Part shown: positions 56,501 to 64,000 of the stretch, in pieces | Layout of the letters: the number at the start of each line of letters is the position of its first letter | Position numbering within the stretch: the stretch's first letter is position 1 | Origin: Lama glama | Lineage: Eukaryota | Assembly (NCBI GenBank): GCA_028534125.1 | Contig: CM052824.1 | Coordinates: forward strand, 61,008,001-61,072,000 | Length of the DNA: 64,000 bases | Direction of reading: 5' to 3' | Program-made: the position numbers and the translations under genes | Notes under the pieces: model-generated | What the model saw: only the letters and a program-made list of their open reading frames with translations | The model's database searches: none | Told to the model about the DNA's origin: nothing

Positions 56501-58552
56501 GGGAAGCCCAGCCTGTCACGAGAAGCGCCTCTGACCAGCACCTGTTGCATTTGCACTGGTATTTTTAGCCTGGCCAGACAGTTCTCCTCCAGCCCTGGCC
56601 AGTGACCTGCCACCATCCCTAAGGCTGCCCACCCCGGGAGCCCACTAGTCCAAAGGGGACAGAGCTGGGTGGGACACAGTGTGCCTTGAGCTTCCTCCTG
56701 CCCAGACCAGCACCCCTTGAGGACAACAGAGGACTGTCTTGCCCTCACGCCACCCCAGTCTGGGGCCTCCTTTCCCACTGCCACACTCCATCCCTGAGGT
56801 CTTGGGCAGCATCTTGCCCAGCATGGTGTCACCCCGGCAACGCCTCCCTGCTGTGTCCTCCTGCGTACACACCACAGAGACATGGTACCTGGCTCCAGGG
56901 TGTCAGTGCCTGGGCTCAATACTGGAGGAATCTTGTGAAGAAGGCCAGGTGGCTTTCCAGGCCTTTCTGCCACTTCCTTCACCCACCTCCCTGCCTGGTC
57001 TTTCTCACTGTTGTCACTGGGACCCAGCAGATGGCCGGTCATGCTCCGCGTGACCTCAGGTGCCCAGCCCTCCCAGCATCAGGGCTCATTACTGCCCCTC
57101 AGAAGGTCCCACCGGGTGTACGAAGAGGGGGTGGTAAGAGGGGGGAACGGACCAGGGACAGGAGAAGGGAGGCAGGAGCAAAACCCTGAGGGCTAGGGAG
57201 GAAGGGGACCCCCATTTCAGAGGGAAATTCACCCAGAGAGTTCTTCCTTTTTCTTCCTTTGTCAGAAACACCGTACCCTGACGTCTTCCTTGGAGCTCCC
57301 AGGCCAGGCCCTGGAAGCCCCCAGAGGCTGATGCTATGAAGATTTAAAATGACCCTGAGGCACTCAGGGTGCAAGCAGCAGGCAGCAAGCATTTAGATGT
57401 TTGCTTTAGCAAAATAGGAACCTACCTCAGAGCTCACAGCAACCTCCCGTCAGTGTCCCGGACACTTAGCTGTTATTCTGTGGGGCACAAATTTGCTCAG
57501 CCATCAAGCTCTCCTGTTGGAAACCAGCAGCCATTGCCGACACAGAACACAGCAAAGCAAACAGGTAACCAGCCAGCGAGTCTGGGGATAAACGGTTTTT
57601 ACAAGATAATTTTACACTTACAGCATTTACTGTATCAACCAAACAAATAGACATTTAGACTGTTCTGTTGGCTTACTAGTTTTTCTTTTCACAAGAAACG
57701 TCCAGCTCTTGGAAGGCAGAACTATTTCTAAAGTACATGTCGGAACAGTATAGAAACAAGGTGATTGCCCTATTTGTGAATATTTTACCAGAAAAACTTC
57801 AAAAAGCTGCAAAAATTAAACCATGTTTAGCTAAGAACTTGGCAAATTGCCTTCACTGAAAATAAAGTTACATGGGCCTGACACTGCTTGTGACAAGAGG
57901 CGGCCACTCCCTCCCCTGTACCTCCAGCTGAACTCAAAACGCTGTTTAAATTGACACCATGTGTGGCACAATCAACTGGCAAACCTGGCACATCGCAGGG
58001 CACAGCAGCTCTGGCTACGACAGACGGGGACATCCTGGGTGCCTGGGGAATCTGGCCCATTCGGGGCCAGTGAAACCCCAAGACCCAGTTTGGCCCCGCA
58101 TGAACACACCTGGTGGGAGAAGACCCAAAGGAAGTAAAGGGTGGTCGTCACTGCAATCTTGGCCACCCAGAGGGAAGCCCTCAAGCACCCCGCAGACTGG
58201 GTGTCCCGACCCAACCACTGCACAGGGACGATCTCTGCGGGAGCATGACAGTCAGATACTTGTTGCACCTGAAGCAACAGGCTGGAGTGACATGGCGAGA
58301 GGAGGGGACCCACCAGGAAGGACCGGGTTCGCCAGGGTTCGCCAGGGCTGCCCTTCTTACGCGGCCTCATGCCCAGTCCAGCTGGTGCCCAACAGGGGCC
58401 TGTGTGGCACCTTTGCTTATTTCCTCAATTGATTCTGAGCTCAGAGTGAAAGAGGCAGGATTATTTACCACATCACCCACCCCCCCACACACTCAAGAAC
58501 AAGCAAAAGCCCTCTGCCATAGCATCAGACAGAATCTAAGTGAAAAGTTCAC

Positions 58553-58653
58553 CTGTCTGGCTAGCCAGTCGCCTACTCGTTCGCCTTGAGACTGGTGGGC
58601 TGCGACCCTGATGCCTGAGGCTCGAGCTCAGCGCAAGCCCTGGGCCATCCGAC
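58553..58653 (-). other. MIB2: MIB2 5' UTR exon (101 nt) containing a uORF at 58648-58628
   Basis: Acceptor ccgccacag|, donor CAG|gtgaac. The sequence caggcatcagggtcgcagccc...ctcaaggcg...ggcgactgg...gacag resembles the human MIB2 upstream exon as recalled. Confidence 0.75.
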
Positions 58654-59930
58654 CTGTGGCGGCACGGAGATACCAAGACGCACTATCAGCGCCCCGCTGT
58701 CTACGTTAGCCATTCCCAGGCCTACACGCACGACCCCCAGAGCCGCCCGGGCGGCCTGCCTCCTGCCCTGCAGCGCTCCCTGGGGTCTGGGGACGCCTGG
58801 AGTGGGGCCGGGGGGCTGGCGGACCCGGCTCTGCTGACGTCAGGGCCCCGCGCTGCGCCCTGGACTGGAGTGATCGGCCCGCGCGGGGGAAGGCGGAGAG
58901 GGGCAGAGGGGTCAGGGGCGGGGGTGAGGGGCAGGGGGGCGGGAGAGCCAGGGCTGGACAAGCCGGGTCGGGGACCCACCGCTAACCCGAGCCCTCCTCA
59001 TTCGCTCAGGTCGGCCCCGCCCCTGTCATTCCGTCCTCCTTTCAACGCAAGCCGCCCCGGGGCCCCGCCGCTGCCAGACCGCGGCCCCGGCCCAAGTGCC
59101 CGCGTCGACCCCTCTACTTGCCCGGAAGTTTGCGTCCCGCCTGCTCGGCGCCGCAGCTCTGGGGGCCGGAGGAGCGCCGAGTCTGTCAGCCGGTTGGCTG
59201 AGGCCTCGGTAAGTACGGCGGCCGGTCCGCGGACCTCGCCTGCTCAGCGCCTGCCAGCCAGACAGCCCTGCAGCGGCACGCCGCGCTGAGCCCGAGCCCA
59301 CCAGCCGAGACCGCCCGAAGCCCCTAGCGCTCCGGGCTCTGGGGCCGCCGCGCGGCCTGCCGGGAACTGTAGTCCGCAGCCCGCTGGGTCCGGGGTCAAG
59401 GGGCGGGCCCCAACCACAACTCCCAGGAGGCCCCGCGGCGGGGTGACGTACGGGCGTGAGGGCGTGGGCCCCGTCCCTGGCCCCGCCCCGATAGAGAGGG
59501 GTGGTCTCCGGCCCAGCTTCCCCGGCAAGGGCTTGTGGCGGCTCTGCGTCACGACGGACAGAAGAGGCGTTCGACAGCGTGCGCACACGTTGTCAGAGGG
59601 ATGCGGACTGTGGGCTGTGACGCCTCTTGGGCCTCTCAGCCGCGGCCCGGGGGGAGCGGGGACACTGTCGTCCCGAGCCTCCCGGGCTGCCGAAGAGGAC
59701 GCACGCGCGGGCCTGGAACTCTGGGACCAGGCGGCCACGCCTCTGCCGCGGAGGGGCGGGGCCTATGCCGGAAATGCGTCCCCTTGCCCCGCCCTGTGTG
59801 GCGCGGTTGGATTCGGGGACGCGTTCGGTTGCCATGGAGACAGCCAGCCGGGCCTTGGGTGGTGGCGTGTCCTGGATTGGCCGCGCCTCCGGGGCTCAGA
59901 GACGTGGCGTCGTCACAGCCGGCTCTTGAC
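58600..59930. promoter_or_regulatory. MIB2: CpG island / MIB2 promoter with bidirectional hallmarks
   Basis: ETS ccggaagt at 59122-59129; two opposed ZNF143/SBS-like motifs (59362-59375 minus, ggactacagttccc; 59413-59437 plus, accacaactcccaggaggcc); CRE-like tgacgta at 59444; GC boxes. Confidence 0.82.
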
Positions 59931-60189
59931 TTATTTTGTTTTAGAATGGAAGTAACGCCAGTGCATGCTTTTAATTCACGAAGAACTGAAGACCTAGTGA
60001 AAAACAGCGGCCCCGTGCCCGTCTTCCCAGAGGCAAATAGTTCCAACCCTTGAAAACTTTCCTCCGACCGAAACCTCCGTGTTTCAAAACCGAGACTGCT
60101 GGTTTTGGATAGATTCATTTTAGACATTTCTGTGGACTTCCCGATAAGGTCAATGAGAACTTGGCTCTCCAAAGAACTCACCGCCAAGG

Positions 60190-61120
60190 GTGCATTTTCG
60201 TGACTCTGTTTTGCTGTTCGCGGTTACTGTACAAAACCATACCCCCATTCCTGTACTACCTCTTCTTTTTTCTCTCAATACTTACCTAGTATTTTCGTTA
60301 TACCCAGACTTTTCCGCGGATAATTTTCTTTGCCATTTGCCTATCAACATTTTCCAAAGGCTTAAACACACTAGTGATGTTTACTTCCTGGAGCCTCCTC
60401 TCCCAGAGCCCCCGATCTCCTGTTCCAAGCTAGGCCGATGGCCTTCTAAACTTATTGCACAGCTCTGCCATCTTGAGCTTTCCTCCGCTGTCATCCTTGT
60501 GACTTTCTCTGCCTTTTTCCTGTGTTGGATTCCCTGTTTCCTGGAATCTGTACTGTCTTCCTTTTTGGTTTACTCTTATTTTGCTGAAGTCAGTCCACTA
60601 GTAGCTTCCTGGAAAGGGGACATGTCTGAAATGTGTTTGCTCTCATCTCTAATTGACAAGTCTGGTGTGGTATAGAATTCTAGGTTGGAAATTCTTTTCC
60701 TTCAAAATTTTTGAAGTCAGTTTTTTGCTTTCAGCTTCCAGGGCTGCTTTTAAAAAGTCCAAAGTCATTCTGATCCCTGCCCATTTGTGTGTGATCCGTT
60801 TGCTCTCTGAAAGCTTTTAGGACCTTTTCTTTATGCTTGGTGCCCTCAGTGTCACAGGGATGCATCTTGATGGGGGCCTCTTGCTCATGGTGCTCTGCAC
60901 ACAGTGGTTCCCTCCATCCTGTGGGCTGGTGTCATTAGTTATGGAGCTTTTGGAAGAACACCCCCTCCCATTTCCTGTGTTCTTTCTCGATGAAATTCCT
61001 ATGACTCAGATTCTGATGGAACTTCTTGGACTAACCCTCAAATTTTCTTTTTCATCTAGAGTTTACCTCATTTTCTGGCATATATTCTTAAATTTACCTT
61101 TTAACCCTTTAGCTCATTAG
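60190..61120 (-). mobile_element. Old antisense L1 fragment(s)
   Basis: T-rich plus strand; tggtatagaattctaggttggaaattcttttcc...cttccagggctgcttttaaaaagtccaaagtcattctgat is typical of the antisense L1M ORF1 region. Confidence 0.6.
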
Positions 61121-61159
61121 TTAAGCTCCATGATATTGTTACTTATAATAAAAAATATA

Positions 61160-62045
61160 GGCCAATGGCACATGAAAAAATGCTCAGTATGGCTAATTAT
61201 CAGAAAAATGCAAATCAAAACTATAATGAGGTATCACCTCACAGCAGTCAGAATGGCCATCATTCAAAAGNNNNNNNNNNNNNNNNNNNNNNNNNNNNNN
61301 NNNNNNNNNNNNNNNNNNNNNNNNNNNNNNNNNNNNNNNNNNNNNNNNNNNNNNNNNNNNNNNNNNNNNNNNNNNNNNNNNNNNNNNNNNNNNNNNNNNT
61401 TACCATATGACGTAGCAATCCCACGCCTGGGCATATATCCAGAGGGAACCTGAATTCAANNNNNNNNNNNNNNNNNNNNNNNNNNNNNNNNNNNNNNNNN
61501 NNNNNNNNNNNNNNNNNNNNNNNNNNNNNNNNNNNNNNNNNNNNNNNNNNNNNNNNNNNNNNNNNNNNNNNNNNNNNNNNNNNNNNNNNNNNNNNNNNNN
61601 NNNNNNNNNNNNNNNNNNAATAATGCCACTTGCAGCAATATGGGTGGACCTGGAGACTCATTCTAAGTGAAGTAAGCCAGAAAGAGAAACAAAAATACCA
61701 TATGATATTACTTATATATGGAATCTTAAAAAAAAAGACAAACGAACTTATTTACAAAACAGAAAGAGACTCATAGAAAGCAATATTACGGTTATGAGGG
61801 GAGGTGGGGAAGGGATAAATCAAGAGTTTGAGATTCGTGGATATTAACTAATATATATATAAAATACATAAACAAGCTCATACTGTATAGCACGGGACCT
61901 ATATTCAATATCTTATAGTAATTTATGGTGAAAAAGAATATGAAAATGAATATAAGTATGTACATGTATGACTGAAGCAGTGTGCTGTGCACCAGAAATT
62001 GACACAACGTTGTAAACTGACTATACTTCAATAAATAAATATATA
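61160..62045 (+). mobile_element. 5'-truncated young L1 (ORF2 C-terminus plus 3' UTR, camelid-type), partly N-masked (61271-61399, 61460-61618)
   Basis: Encodes HMKKCSVWLIIRKMQIKTIMRYHLTAVRMAIIQK...LPYDVAIPRLGIYP and ends accagaaattgacacaacgttgtaaactgactatacttcAATAAAtaaat. Confidence 0.92.
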
Positions 62046-62061
62046 TACACATACTAGAAAA

Positions 62062-62755
62062 GGAAGGAAATGTACACTTGGTCTTTGTCCTCAGTTTCTG
62101 CCACAGAGCTCCTAAAACCCTTGAATTTTCTAAGTGAAAAGAGTCATAAAGGTGCATTTTGATATTCATAATAAGCCTTTTTCCATCACCCCTGAGTTTA
62201 TGTTAACAAGGTGATTTTTGGAAAGCCTGTAAGGATGCCAGGGGAGCCAACCAAGTGATTAGAGGGTTAGGACTCTCAGCCTCCCCCTCTGACATCTGCG
62301 GAGGGGAGAGGAATCTCCAGTGGCCGATAATTTAACTAATCACGTCCATGTAATGACACTTCCATGAAAACTCAAAAGGTCAGGGTTGGGAGATTTTCTG
62401 GGTCGGTGAACACGCAGAGGTTCAGGGAGAGAGTGGTTCCCAGAGGCTGTATGGAACACACCTGCCCTCTGCACCTCTTCCATCCGGCCATCCCTGAGTT
62501 AAATCCTTTTATAACAAACTGGTAGTCTACTAAATAAACTGCTTTCCTATGTTCTCTGAGCTGTTCTAGCAAATTCACCAAACCTGAGGAGGCATTTCAT
62601 CAAACCAACATACAGTCGACTGGTCAGAAAACAGGTAACAACTGGGATTGCAGTTGGCATCTAAAGGGGGGGGGGCTTTCTTGTAGGGCTGAGCCCTTAA
62701 CCTGTGAGACCTGACGCTATTCCAGGTAGAGCATGTCAGAACGGAGTTCAGCTGG
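62062..62755 (+). mobile_element. MER21-like LTR (its 5' tip at ~61130-61159 is separated by the L1)
   Basis: ttggtctttgtcctcagtttctgccacagagctcctaaaacccttg...; aataaactgctttcc...tgagctgttctagcaaatt; gggctgagcccttaacctgtgagacctgacgctattccaggtaga. Confidence 0.75.
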
Positions 62756-62778
62756 ATCTTGTTTTGTACATGAAGAAA

Positions 62779-64000
62779 CAGGTGCATCGAAAGGGTTAGA
62801 GAAGTATTAAAGGGAAGGTGGTTACAGTGACGTTCTGGAACCAGGGTGGGACGTAAGTAATCTTGCTGCTATGTTTCCAAGATGTAGTCTGAGTCAATCT
62901 ACATTTTAAGCAGAAGGTGCAGCTCTGAGACAGGAAATCAAATCAATGATAAAAGTCAGAATGTGCAATCAAGGAGGGTGCCCTCAGGCCAGTGACCCTG
63001 GGTGCTGTCGTTCCAGCACCAGCAGGACCCAGATGGATGGGGCCGCACTAGCTCAAGCTCAGAATGACAAGAGAGAAGCTTCAGGATGGGAAAGCACAGC
63101 AGAACAACCACTAGGAGAGATGCCACGTGGACAAGGCATGTCTACAATGGCATCTGGTCCAGGCGGCCACAGGAATGTTCACAGGGATTCAGGCTTTAGC
63201 AGAATGGGGCAGGCATCAGCCCCGCTCCCCATCAGCTCTGGACACGCCAAACACAGGCCTAACAGATGGTGTTCCTGCTGCTGAAGACAGCGATTCTCAG
63301 GAAGGGGCACCCTGTCCCTGCGAACAGGCATATGTTTAACCAGCATAAGCACAGCTTTGACAGATCACTGGCTAATTCTGCAGTGGGGCCAGTGGGGCCA
63401 GTGGGACTGCATTTGGCCCACCCCAAGGTGTACTGCCTCCTCCTTATTGGCAACCAGCACATCCAGGACCTCCAGCACCTCGCAGGATGGAGCAGAAAGG
63501 CCATCCTCATCTGGAGATCAGCAGTGCTCACATATCCAACCTCCTGTGATGCCAGAGTCTCCACGTGTTGATGCAGTAAAACCCAGGACTCTTCCATCTT
63601 GGATCTGATAAGGGTTTTTAAAACATGGAATGTCCAAAGCAGAAGTTGGAGAGAGAAAGAACAGAACAGCAACATTCACAATTGTTCAAAAAAGGGCACA
63701 GAAGATGCTGAAGGAGGAGCATCTTCCTTTATCTCGGAGAAGGTGGTGATGGTGACAGAGCGTAGAGGCTGCAAGTGGCAGCAGAGTCACCAGCGGCCCT
63801 ACCTCCGCTTCCTCAACAGGAGCGAAGTGGTCCAGGTGACTCGGGAAGAGAAAGGGCATCAAAAGACACACAGGCTTCTGGGTGATGATGATGATCAAGT
63901 GTGCCCAGCAGCCAAGGACACACACCGGGAAGCAGTGATGCCCCTGCAGAAGAGTGCGTGCGGCCAGGGGGTCTGGGTGCTTTCCACCCAGGAGACAAAG
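62779..64000 (+). pseudogene. PNISR: Processed pseudogene of PNISR (SFRS18), truncated by the window end
   Basis: ATG at 62961. Fragments across shifting frames match PNISR as recalled: MCNQGG~MWDQGG; SFQHQQDP; DGAALAQA..REASG..EQP..GQGMSTMASGP~DWAALAQA..REASG..GQDMSTMESGP; EDSDSQ; NRHMFNQ; FGPPQGVLPPPYWQP.HPGPPAP; DAVKPRTLPSWI~DAVKRRTLPAWI; TEDAEGG; AKDTHR. It is intronless, with frameshifts and stops. Confidence 0.88.

Noticed and set aside
58628-58630. Stop read-through or selenocysteine recoding of the MIB2 uORF TGA
   Set aside because: The context is TGA-GCT, not the TGA-CTAG read-through motif, and no SECIS is evident in the short 3' UTR.

Overview
This is mammalian genomic DNA from a GC-rich, gene-dense region, probably camelid (judged from two tRNA-derived Vic-1-like SINEs and a camelid-type L1 3' end). 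It is orthologous to human 1p36.33. Gene order is: NADK 3' portion (+, nine coding exons, 592-4648); SLC35E2B (+, complete, 405 aa); CDK11B (+, complete, 782-aa p110 with an internal 439-aa p58 start); MMP23B (-, 393 aa); MIB2 (-, 957 aa, with a 5' UTR exon at 58553-58653). A CpG-island promoter with bidirectional features follows, then nested L1/MER21-like repeats and a decayed processed pseudogene of PNISR running off the right end. The SLC35E2-CDK11-MMP23 block is single-copy here, unlike the tandem duplication in human. The most notable unexplained signals are: (1) a candidate spliced, unannotated plus-strand gene or gene relic between NADK and SLC35E2B; (2) a divergent first exon at the MIB2 promoter pointing toward the PNISR retrocopy; (3) an in-frame uORF in the MIB2 5' UTR blocked by a single TGA; (4) a CDK11 cassette exon with tandem acceptors; (5) two GC-AG introns. 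Exon boundaries were read by hand. Homology calls come from recalled protein and repeat sequences, not from a database search.
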